Shown here one piece after another: positions 30,433 to 40,240 of a stretch of DNA of 64,000 nucleotides. The position numbers and the translations under genes were made by a program. Location of the stretch: the NCBI GenBank assembly GCA_965226795.1, contig CBDDDZ010000002.1:512001-576000 (forward strand), in the 5' to 3' direction. Numbering within the stretch: position 1 is the first letter of the stretch; each line of letters begins with the position of its first letter. The notes below the pieces were generated by a model that saw nothing but the letters and a program-made list of their open reading frames with translations, had not been told where the DNA came from and searched no databases. The DNA is from Candidatus Latescibacterota bacterium (lineage in GTDB: Bacteria > Latescibacterota > UBA2968 > GCA-2709665).

Positions 30433-31344
30433 TCAAGATCCACATTCTGACACCGTCGGACGCAATTTGGAAGGTTTTATCACCTCAAATATGTAATCGG
30501 CCAAGAAGATCGTATTCAAGCTGTTTTGCTGTGAAGAGTAGACAACCAAGCCGTGTATGGCCGCATGGCGATTTGGGACCGGGTTATTCTTGAGGCTTTC
30601 AAGGTGCTCTTCGCACTTGACATCTGTAAACAATCCGAAGATTAAGTCGTCACTCTCGGACACAGGTTCTTCTCCACGCTCGATTCTTTTCTTTTCTCGG
30701 ACGGCTTTTGTCAAATGTGCGAATATGGTAAGATCGTAGAGACCTCGATGAATAAATGCATCAATGGATTTGTCGTCATCGGTCAGCCTTTTGATAAACT
30801 TCCTGTATCCAATAGGTCCGATTCTGTTACCGAATAGTTCCTTGCGAAACACTCGTTCGATTTCTGGAAATAGGACACGGCATACGCACCGGTAAAGTCC
30901 GGCCTCGTGAGCATCGAGTGCTTCGCGAAGGGTCGCTTTCGCCTCTCTATCAACCCTGTAATGTGATATTCGGGCTTCTATTTTGGCACGGACATTCTGC
31001 CAGTTGCTCGTGTAGTAGTCATCGAGTTTGTTTCGGATCAATTCAGCGTCGTCGCCATATTCCGCGATATTATCGAATGGCGTTGTGTAGTGTGGCAACC
31101 AACCGGCCCTTCCAATAACCTCGCAACTAAGATTCCACTTCTGGAATTCGACAATTACGTTTGCTATCTGAGAAGCATGACTTTTCAGAAAATGACACCA
31201 CGCTCGCAATAGCGGCTCGATCTGGCGGCTCATTTCTTTAAGGATGCCGGAGGTAACCAACCACTTTTTGAACCCGTCTGCAAACCCATCGGAGTCAAGA
31301 AATGCTCGAACTTCCTCGGGACTATTGAATTTTCCCCCGTACAT
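30433..31344 (-). CDS. HEPN-like protein directly downstream of the RM gene
   Basis: NRHAAIHG (R-x4-H), EALDAHEAGLY...FPEIER; GAGGAG RBS inside the RM 3' end, 5 bp gap. Confidence 0.7.
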   Translation of the reverse strand: MYGGKFNSPEEVRAFLDSDGFADGFKKWLVTSGILKEMSRQIEPLLRAWCHFLKSHASQIANVIVEFQKWNLSCEVIGRAGWLPHYTTPFDNIAEYGDDAELIRNKLDDYYTSNWQNVRAKIEARISHYRVDREAKATLREALDAHEAGLYRCVCRVLFPEIERVFRKELFGNRIGPIGYRKFIKRLTDDDKSIDAFIHRGLYDLTIFAHLTKAVREKKRIERGEEPVSESDDLIFGLFTDVKCEEHLESLKNNPVPNRHAAIHGLVVYSSQQNSLNTIFLADYIFEVIKPSKLRPTVSECGS

Positions 31345-31349
31345 CAGAA

Positions 31350-34300
31350 TTACTCCTCGCTTCTTCCCGTCAACATAAGTATCCCCGCGATCCTCCTCGC
31401 CACCTCCGCAAAGTACGCCACCTCCTCGGGCTTGAGCGTCCGTCCGAGCACCTTCCGTTCGCGATAGGATAGCCATTTCTTGAGCACCTGGTAACCGCCG
31501 ACTTTGTAGTTCCAGATTGCGGCTGGGATGTTGCGCCAGAAAGCTTTGTCGTTCAGGTAAATGTCAAATGTGGCTTCGCCCAGTATAGACATCGCTACCC
31601 CAAGGTCTCTCCTTTCCTCCGCCGTGTACTTTCGTTGTTTGACGCGGCCCTTGCCCGGCATCACGGGCTTGTCCGAGCCATAGCGCCCCCGACCCCACCC
31701 GGCGGTAACCGCGAAGTCTTGGTCCGACAAATTACGATTATCGACAGTAGAAGGTTCGGCAATAGCCGCGAATTCTCGTTGCAGTGTGCCCTCGGTCACA
31801 CCTGGAACGGCCTTACTGGTGTCGAGTAGCCGTGCCAATTCGCGGCCCCTCGTCGCAGATGCTTTGAGGGACTCCCCCTCTGTGCCTTCAGTCTTGCCAT
31901 CGGGCCACCCCGGAAGAGGAACGCGAGGCCATTCCATCCTCAACGCGCCAGCATTGGCCTCCCGGTAAGCGGGATCGTGAAGAGTGGCAAGGACATGATG
32001 AAACAGGTCCTCCACATTAAGACTAAGGCATCGGAGATAGTTCGCGGCTTCAATGGTTAAGTTCCACGCGGGCTGCTTGGTATTGGTTTCGTTTTCATCA
32101 TAGCGAAGGTAGGCGGGAATGCAAGTCGCGCCACGGTCCATTAGATCCAGACAGCCGAGTTGGGAGATCACCTGAGGTGGCGACCAATCACGACGAGGCT
32201 TGTGTTGTGTGACCAACCACATATTGTTCACGAACACATGTGGCATGTAGTCGGGTACAGGTCGCCCAAGCAGTCCGTGCTTTGCTTCCCAGTAGAGCCA
32301 GCGATGGTCGAACGGCCGGTAGGCATGGGAAACAAAGCGGGTTTCGATTGGGCCGCCGCGTTCGAGCAAAGCGTCGCGTACCGAGCGGGCGTCAGGAACC
32401 ACGAAACCAGAAGAACTCTTCATTGCTGCGGGATAATCTTGTACGATTTGTTCGTGGCTCAAAGCCACGTCGAAATAATCGGCGACCCTTGCCTTTAGCC
32501 TTGCAAGATCGAAGTCAATTAGAAACGAGTCGCGCTTGGTCTGAACGCCCGGAAACGATACCGGGAAGAGATCGGTCAATGCCGGCCATTCAAACCATTC
32601 CTTACTCACGGCCAATGGAAAAAACGGCAGGCCAAGCGGCAAGACAGGCTTAATATTGTGGTAAAGCGTATAAGGTTCTGCCTCCGCCGTCTCATTCAGA
32701 TCTGCGGGCTTGGCTTTTCCCCAAAGATGGCGAAATCCGACTGACTCTGCAGGGGCGTGGTCCGATTTGCGCACGAGTGTCGTAATCGCAGTTCCTACCT
32801 GTATACCGACAGGATCACCATCGGATGAGAAGATGCTTGGATCTGGCGCACCTTGTGGTGTGACTTTGCCGGTCTTGTACTTGTCGCCATTCAAGCAGTC
32901 AATGCGGATCCCGTCGAATTCCGCCAGATAGCGCTCTCGCATTCCTGTGAAAGACAAGCCGTCCAGCCAGGAATAGTTGGAGATGAAACAGACGACGCCT
33001 TGGCCTGTCTTGGCAATGCGGCGTTCCGCCATCCGGAAGAAGCGGACGTAGAGATCGTTCAAGCCCTGGCCTTCAGGCCGGCGCACTCGCTTTGTATTGC
33101 GATAGGCTTGCGACAACTCCCGCTCCTCGTCGACTGCCATGCCAGCGAAACCGTTATAAGGCGGATTGCCCAGTATCACCAGGATCGGCGTGTCCTGCTT
33201 TACCCGGCCGGCGTGGTCCCTTTCCTTTTTCAGTTGAGGAAAAGCATCCATTTGCGAGCCATCGCCCGTGTTCTCCCAGTCGGTCAGCGCATTGGTGAGA
33301 AAGATGGCGGGGCGCTCGATTCCATCATCCGGCAGGGCCGCGTCAAGATCTCTCAAAGCGAGGTCCACAAGAAGATGGGCGACGACGAAGGGCGCAGGCA
33401 TGATCTCGAAGCCGAACACCCGCTTTGTCGCTGCGTGTCTTATTTTTTCGCCGGTGAGAGCGCCGAGGCCTTGTCCTTTCAGATTGGCGGCGATGCGGCG
33501 AAGAACCTCGGCGAGATACGCCCCCGTGCCGCAGCACGGGTCCAGCACGTAGACGTTTTCCGCGGCAAGCCCACCTGCGATCCCGAGGTCGTCCTTGAGT
33601 GACTTATCCACGCGGGCTACCATGTAGCGCACCACTTCAGACGGGGTATACCAGACACCCAACTCCTTGCGCAGTTCTGGGTCGAAGGCTTCCAGGAACG
33701 GCTCGTAGAAATAGGTTACGGCTTCCCCCTCCTGAAAGCGCGCAAAAAAGGCGTCGTGGTTTACCCGGTCGAGCGCAGCTGTTGTCGATGCCAGCACTTC
33801 CTTCAAATCAAGCGTTTCCAGGTACTCGGAAAGTCGGTGAAACAACTCCCGAAGTACCGGCGCTCGTAGTTGCCGCACCGCCTCGAGCCAGGCGAACTTG
33901 TCTGTTCGCTTCTGCGCCCGTGCCCACAGCACCCAGGCAGAAAAAACGCCGTAGAACAACGTCTGCACCATTGTCGAATGAAAGAAGCGCGTTCCTCGCT
34001 CGTCTTCAAAGTGGACACCGAGCGACTCTTCCAGTGCAGATCTTACCGCATCGAGCGAAGAGGTATCCCCGGCGGCTTCGACACGGGCGAGGCCGTCGCG
34101 GGCGTACGACGCAAGTAGCCACGCAAGGTCCTTCGGTTCGGTGATCTCCGCCTGGTGAGACAATGCGCGGCAAAGATATTCGCCTAATCCTGCGCCGACC
34201 TCGTTTGCGAAGGCGCGTGGCTTGTCCAACTTGTGCCAAAACTCTTCTTCGGTGTTGGCGAGACGATAGCGCTCGAGCAACGTCTCTCCACCCGTCGCGT

Positions 34301-34706
34301 CCGGGCCGACGAGAGCGAACTCTCGCAAATTGGTGGTCAGCACGAGGCTGTACCGGTTCAGATAGCGCACGACTTGGCCCCGAACCTGCGATGCGCCCAT
34401 ATTTTCGGCAGGGGTTTTAACTTCCACTACGCCCCGTTCCGGCGTTTGTCCCTGGCGTGGACGACCCTTCTGGACCTGCTTCGCCTCGTAAAGGCCAAAA
34501 TCGGGATGTCCCGCACCCTGGTCTGCCAACTCGCTTACACAGAACACCTTTGGCTTCAGCGACGCGCCGACGGCGTTCAGGAGATTCGCCAGCGGACCAT
34601 AGCTCGAGCGCTCTCCAGTCCCGCCGCCTGTCGCACGGATTCGCCCCAAATCGTTGAAGTAATTCTCAACCGCTGTAACGAGTCGTGATGTCGTTCCCTT
34701 GTTCAT
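31350..34706 (-). CDS. Type IIG/ISP-like restriction-modification fusion (N6-adenine MTase with C-terminal specificity domain, no helicase)
   Basis: N-terminal PD-x-EVK nuclease-like motif (HPDFG...VEVK), YEPFL-AFD-ELRKELGVWYTP, DPCCGTG, GNPPY, YRPFD-RW, GGYQVLKKWLSYR. Confidence 0.9.
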   Translation of the reverse strand: MNKGTTSRLVTAVENYFNDLGRIRATGGGTGERSSYGPLANLLNAVGASLKPKVFCVSELADQGAGHPDFGLYEAKQVQKGRPRQGQTPERGVVEVKTPAENMGASQVRGQVVRYLNRYSLVLTTNLREFALVGPDATGGETLLERYRLANTEEEFWHKLDKPRAFANEVGAGLGEYLCRALSHQAEITEPKDLAWLLASYARDGLARVEAAGDTSSLDAVRSALEESLGVHFEDERGTRFFHSTMVQTLFYGVFSAWVLWARAQKRTDKFAWLEAVRQLRAPVLRELFHRLSEYLETLDLKEVLASTTAALDRVNHDAFFARFQEGEAVTYFYEPFLEAFDPELRKELGVWYTPSEVVRYMVARVDKSLKDDLGIAGGLAAENVYVLDPCCGTGAYLAEVLRRIAANLKGQGLGALTGEKIRHAATKRVFGFEIMPAPFVVAHLLVDLALRDLDAALPDDGIERPAIFLTNALTDWENTGDGSQMDAFPQLKKERDHAGRVKQDTPILVILGNPPYNGFAGMAVDEERELSQAYRNTKRVRRPEGQGLNDLYVRFFRMAERRIAKTGQGVVCFISNYSWLDGLSFTGMRERYLAEFDGIRIDCLNGDKYKTGKVTPQGAPDPSIFSSDGDPVGIQVGTAITTLVRKSDHAPAESVGFRHLWGKAKPADLNETAEAEPYTLYHNIKPVLPLGLPFFPLAVSKEWFEWPALTDLFPVSFPGVQTKRDSFLIDFDLARLKARVADYFDVALSHEQIVQDYPAAMKSSSGFVVPDARSVRDALLERGGPIETRFVSHAYRPFDHRWLYWEAKHGLLGRPVPDYMPHVFVNNMWLVTQHKPRRDWSPPQVISQLGCLDLMDRGATCIPAYLRYDENETNTKQPAWNLTIEAANYLRCLSLNVEDLFHHVLATLHDPAYREANAGALRMEWPRVPLPGWPDGKTEGTEGESLKASATRGRELARLLDTSKAVPGVTEGTLQREFAAIAEPSTVDNRNLSDQDFAVTAGWGRGRYGSDKPVMPGKGRVKQRKYTAEERRDLGVAMSILGEATFDIYLNDKAFWRNIPAAIWNYKVGGYQVLKKWLSYRERKVLGRTLKPEEVAYFAEVARRIAGILMLTGRSEE

Positions 34707-34804
34707 GATTCGTTATTGCCTCTTTGATGGCTCCGGTTGTAGCTTGTCATCGGAGGCGCAATGCTTCAAGGAGCCCGTATTTCTGGTCGTTTTGACCGTC
34801 TGAA

Positions 34805-37800
34805 TCACGTCATGCCACGTTCTGCAGCGAGTTCCTTCATTTGTTGCTTGAGTTCACAGGAAAGGTCGGCTTTAAGGAGTTTGTCGACGAGTTCCTTGCC
34901 ATTCGACCACGCGCGAGTACGTGATTTGATTCGGCCCAAATGAATCAATAGCTTCGCAACCGCCTCAGGATGACGATTCCACAGATCGCCCTTTTCAATC
35001 ATATACACTATCCGGTTACTATCGGCACTTGGATCGGTAAACTCCGCCAGCTGCATCTGAACGGCCAAATTTACCGCCTCCGGAAACACCCCTTTCAAAT
35101 CAGGCAACCAGCAAAACATAATTCCCATTTCACCGTCACCAAGTCGTTCGGGTACACCTTGAAGGCGATTCTCCCAATAAGCCTTGAGCCAACGATTCCA
35201 CCATTCCTGTTGCTGGGAACCAGTCATGTCTTCTAAATGACTCTTGATAGATAACGCGAAGTATCTCCGAGCATTTTCGTTACAATGCGTAAAGAACGTA
35301 GGAATCCAAATGTCAAGGGGATCGTCGGAATAATACGCCAGCATAGTGAGATAGCGTCCAATAAACTGTTTTCGTTCTTCACTCGATGCGTCACAGACAA
35401 TGTGTGGAACAGCGTCAAGGAATGCGTCTCCCATCAGTTCAGCCACGGGCGGGCTGAGAGGTCCATACAGAAAGCCTCCCCAAAGTGCTTGATAGTCGTC
35501 ACCATCGGCATGTTTTGTAAGCAAAGGAATCAAATGTGCCTCTGTCCAATCTCGATCGACACGTAGTAGAAAGGAAAGATACCGCGCGAGGACTGATCTA
35601 CCCAATCTACCGGCAAGTGTCTTATCCTCGACGATATCTGCTAGTGCGTCACGATAGTCAGAGCTTAGGCCATCGGACGCCCCGGCTTGCTGTTTTCGCC
35701 AGCAATTTAGGCTATTCAGCCAGAAACCGGCGAGAAGACCGGCAGTGCTGTCAATCGCTGCTGTAAGCCAGGATCCGATTTCTCTTCGCGCATCGTCGCG
35801 GTCACTGTAGCGCCATAGGTTAGCGGCAATCTGGTTAACTTGTGTAAGCGGTATGTGGGTATGTTGGGTCTTGTCATTCGTCACCAACTTGTAGAGGAAT
35901 TCAGCGATAGGACGTGCACAGTTTCTTTGTAATTCGATCCTTTCCAATTGCTGAATGACTTGACGAATTTGATTCTGGTCGAGTTCTGTCTCCGACCACA
36001 ACCGCATTAGAGTGTTCCATAAATCGGTATCCCAGTTCCGTCCACCGGCCAATGCTTCCGCCAGATCGATTCCCCAGTGGAATTCCGTCTTCGCCGCCTC
36101 CGAGACGGCCATGTTAAGCCCGAGACGGTCTGGTTCATGAATTCCTGTATCCTGGAATGACACTAGTTTTTCGGCCCATTCCTCAGCGGGTTTTGAAAGG
36201 AGTTCGTCTACGGTCCAGGGGCTCTGGTGGCCTCCCGGGACAGAACTCATCCAGTGAGTGAGATCAGGACGGTCGCTCGGTTTAAGTTCAGGATACCTTC
36301 TCAGCACATCGTCCAGAGCTTCTCTGGTGAAGGGACATTCGTGTGCCGCGGTATAGAGCCAATGGAACCATTGGAAATGATAATCGGCTGTACGGCGCTC
36401 GGTCACGTCATCTTCTTCTGCTGGCAGACGATGGGCTTGAATTTTCTCGATAACGGCTTTACGGCGGCCCCCATCGATATAGCAGTAAATTTTCTTCAGA
36501 ACCACGAACAGTTCATGATGCGCAAAAAAGTCGTTCAGATCCATCCTGGAAAGCAGCCAGTCGATTTTTTTGTTCGGATTTAGGTCCTTGCGAAAGGATA
36601 ATGTATGCACTGACATACGGCGCAAAAGCGGTGACTCCTCCCTTGCAAGTCTATCACACCATTGCGCGGCCGCTTCCTTGCAATTCGATGCGAGCCATTC
36701 CAGACAGTCCCGCGCAGAATCGATCAACACATCAACGGTCTCCAGATACTCGTCCTGTTCGTGTGGTTCGATGGCGCTTCGGGTATAACTGACCGGATTC
36801 CAATCTCGGGTGGCCTCCTGCCATGCGCTGAGTGTGCGGTGCTGTGCAGTCAGATGCCCGATAACGGATGCAAGTAGCGGCTCCGCTACACGATCGAGAT
36901 TTGGCTTCAATCCTTCAATCCACAGTTTGTTGATCGTGAAGTGCTCGCTCACAAAGCCCAATTCCACATCAATACGGGGACTCTGTTCTTCCTCATCGGA
37001 ATCGGGCCACGAAAACCCCCGCTTGACCACAACGCGGTTTGCTGCCATCGCATCGAAGACATCGACGACACGGTCAAAAAGCTTGCGATTAACGCAATAT
37101 TTGCCTAACCACAACAACGGATGTTCCTTTTCCAATCCTGCGGGAGCAGTAGCAAGTAGAAGGGAAACCCAGCGGGACAAGGTATCTGAATCACATGGCG
37201 TATCATTCTTCAACGCGATGGATCGACACAGTGCGTCCCAGAATATCGGATGTGGCTGCACATTCCGCCGTCCGATCAACAGAAAAAGCTCATCTGGATG
37301 ACTGTATGCAAATCTCTCGGCTAGCCAGCGTCCCAATAGCCCATCACGCTCACTTAGCTCGGTGGTTCCAAACATGCCGGCGAGAATATGGTGCTTGTCT
37401 AGCCAATGGACCCATTCAACTGAAACGGCGGCAGCCGTAAAGAAGCGTGTCTTCACTGGATCCTTGAGCGCGTCCTTAATGAGATCTATTTCTTCTTCAT
37501 CGAGTGGAGGCGGATTCGTGGCGATTTCCGTAATCTCTCGCTTCCAGTCGAGGATGCTGCGCCTCGTATTCTTCGCAAGACCGTTAACACCCCTATAGAG
37601 AGCGCCGTGGTCATTATCGGACGATTTCACATAGGTGATTGGCTCAATCCCGAGATACTGCCAACGACTGTCGTCAGTTTCGTGGGTGACCGCGAAACGA
37701 CTCTCCGTTTCGTCTACCGGCAAAGCACGTGACAGATAGTTCATGATCGTATCGTTGTGCCTGTAGCCCACGAAGAGCACCGTATAGGATCGAAATACAT

Positions 37801-38360
37801 CCACAAGAAATCGCCGTGCCCAACCCTCGGTCAGATACGCGCGACCGAAGTCTGCGTCCGTGAGAACCATGTCTTTTGGTCGACTGAGCATCCCGTGCAC
37901 ATGGACGATCCCCGTGAAGTGTCCACCTGGAGGCAGGGCAGGAGATGTAAAGACGTCAGGCCGCGATACGAACAAACACTTTTCCGCTTGCTCGAATAGC
38001 GTATCGAAATTCGTTGTGACGATGCGAGGCGCCATGGATTCCGGATACAGCTTCAGCAGATCTCGGTGCAGGTCAGCGGGTTTCGGGATTTTTCCACAGC
38101 AGTTTTTTTTCAACTCTTCTGCCGCGATCTTATGTACGTCCACACCTTATGTGTTTGAGCCTGCCGAGAAAACGGTCCTCGGGTTCGTTTTCTTTCAACT
38201 CTTCCCCAGTGCCTTGCGCAATCGCCATTGCCAACTTCGTGAAGCTCGGAAGACTCGCAGGTTTTCCCATTGAAACTCCCGCACCGGCGAAAACGACAAG
38301 CTTGTCGTCACGCAATGCGTTTAATATTGGCCGCGGGAAATCTAAGCCGCCTATTTTCAT
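34805..38360 (-). pseudogene. SIR2 + DUF4020-type (Dsr1-like) defence NADase with one extra base at ~38147-38150
   Basis: VFAGAGVS in the 76-aa ORF; TTNFD, HVHG, DFGRAYLTEGWARRF, LFVGY in the 1112-aa ORF; removing one base gives 1184 aa. Confidence 0.85.
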
Positions 38361-38418
38361 AGCTTACTTGTCCGACAAAATCGTGAAACATGGATGGGTG
38401 CCGTTTGCGCAAGGCCGC

Positions 38419-38983
38419 TCAATCCGGCCCTTCGCCGACGGTGTTCTTTTCCCAGATTTCCCCGAGCGCGTATTCCTCCACCTATGTGTCGAGTTCTTCG
38501 GCGTGGGGCCTCTCGAACTCCGTGGCTTCTTTGTTTCGTTCCACGACCACGATATCGCCCGGCTCGAAGCTGTCGACAAATGCGCTGGACTGCGTGCTGA
38601 CGAGCACCTGCGCATGCCGGCTTACGGAACGAAACAACGAGGCAATCACATCAACCGCGCACGGGTCCAATCCTAGTTCCGGTTCATCCACCACAATCAG
38701 AGACGGCAGTTTCTCAGCAGGCTGTAACAGAAGCGAAATCAGGCAGATGGCTCGCAAAGTGCCGTCCGAAAGCTGATGAGGACCGAAAACGAGGTCGGAC
38801 TCCCGATGCCGCCAATTGAGAATGACGTCCCTTGTATCGGCGGGCTCCAGATCGAAGTCATCGAAAAACGGCGCCACCTGCCGGATGGTGGTCACAATCC
38901 GCCGGTAGTCGGTTTCACTATTGGACTTGAGCGCGTAAAGCATGGCTGCGAGGTTGCCCGCGTCGGGCTTGAGCCAGCGGTTG
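38419..38983 (-). pseudogene. 3' half duplicate of the AAA_21 ATPase gene
   Basis: Near-identical DNA to 40241-40805; TGG>TAG nonsense at 38482-38484; lacks Walker A half. Confidence 0.9.
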
Positions 38984-39074
38984 CTCCGCCGGTCGCACGT
39001 ATTCGTCGAAGGTCAGTGAAATAGCTCTCAACTGCAGTCGTCAATCGGGTCGCTGGGTTGGTCGTGATACGCAT
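38978..39074 (-). pseudogene. 5' stub of a second RM gene paralog
   Basis: TRLTTAVESYFTDLRRIRATGG vs SRLVTAVENYFNDLGRIRATGG at the start of 31350-34706. Confidence 0.85.
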
Positions 39075-39137
39075 CTTTCAAGGCTCCGGGTGTCTGCGAC
39101 ACTTGAACTTTGCCCCTAATTCCTATATGTTTCGGAT

Positions 39138-39629
39138 ATGGCCGGCATGAAACCTGTCACCTGCCGGCGAAAGTTTCCCTTGCCGACGCAGACCGCCGAC
39201 ATGCAAATGAAACCCTGCCAGATCCTGAACCAGCGAATCGCGAGCATACTCGAACCTCGCCCGGAGGTTCTTGAGGCTTATCTATTCGGCTCTCGCGCGC
39301 ACGGCCGGGCACAGTCCCACAGCGACATCGACGTCGCCGTTTACATCGATGAAACTGTCGTTGAAAAGAGCACATTCGGGTATCGGGCACAACTCATCAC
39401 AGAGATCATGGCCGGCCTCCACAGCAACGACATCGATCTCCTGATTCTCAACCAAGCCCCTCCAACTCTGTACTACCATGTGCTGCGCGACGGCATACGT
39501 GTCTTGTCCCGTGATTTGGCGGCGACAACGACGCGGGAAGGCCGTGCGGTTTCCCGATACTGCGACTTTGTTCCCCAGCTTGCAAAAATGGATGCGGTGT
39601 GGCGTTTTCGCTTCGGTGGTGAACGGTGA
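39138..39629 (+). CDS. mntA: Minimal nucleotidyltransferase antitoxin (start may be 39201)
   Basis: YLFGS-x10-DID motif; IDLLILN-APP. Confidence 0.88.
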   Translation: MAGMKPVTCRRKFPLPTQTADMQMKPCQILNQRIASILEPRPEVLEAYLFGSRAHGRAQSHSDIDVAVYIDETVVEKSTFGYRAQLITEIMAGLHSNDIDLLILNQAPPTLYYHVLRDGIRVLSRDLAATTTREGRAVSRYCDFVPQLAKMDAVWRFRFGGER

Positions 39630-40063
39630 CTCCCGGACTACCGAATCCCTCTGTCGTGCGGCGGCACCTCACCGCATTGAGTTTCGCGGTTGGCAACTTG
39701 CGTCGGCATTCGGATACGACGGCCGCTCAGCTCCGCGACAATTCCGATCTTCGCTGGTTAGTCGAACGCGGCCTTCATCTCTGTGCCCAGAACGCGCTCG
39801 ACGTAGCAACCCATCTGGCATTATCCGCCGGCCTTGATGCGCCGGATTACGCAACCGCCATTGACCGACTTGCAGAGATGAACGTGTTACCCGATGATTT
39901 CGCAGCGCACTTTCGGGCTGTGGCGGGTTTCCGCAACGTGCTCGTCCACGGCTACCTTGACGTCGACCTCGATCTGATCGGGCAACTCCTCGTCCGGCAA
40001 CTAGATGACTTCGAGACGTTTGCTCGCCACGTCGAACGATGGCTTGCCAGACTTGTCGATTGA
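39626..40063 (+). CDS. hepT: HEPN (DUF86) RNase toxin
   Basis: GFRNVLVHGY (R-x4-H-x-Y); GTGA overlap with MNT. Confidence 0.9.
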   Translation: MTPGLPNPSVVRRHLTALSFAVGNLRRHSDTTAAQLRDNSDLRWLVERGLHLCAQNALDVATHLALSAGLDAPDYATAIDRLAEMNVLPDDFAAHFRAVAGFRNVLVHGYLDVDLDLIGQLLVRQLDDFETFARHVERWLARLVD

Positions 40064-40240
40064 GGAACAGCGCATTGAGATGTGTCGGCCGGAGCAGTGC
40101 TTTGACTGTCAACCAGGCGGATCTTCGATTGTCAATCCGGTCGGTCTCAGCTCTCAGAGGCAGCGCGCCTTGCAATAAAAGTCGAGTGTTCAGCCACTTC
40201 TTGAGATACTCTGTTTGATCTTCCGCCAGGTGTCGAACCC

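Noticed and set aside
29163..38360. Thoeris (TIR + SIR2)
   Set aside because: The SIR2 protein is ~1180 aa of DUF4020 type with no recognisable SLOG domain, the TIR is of the coiled-coil type, and the genes are not adjacent
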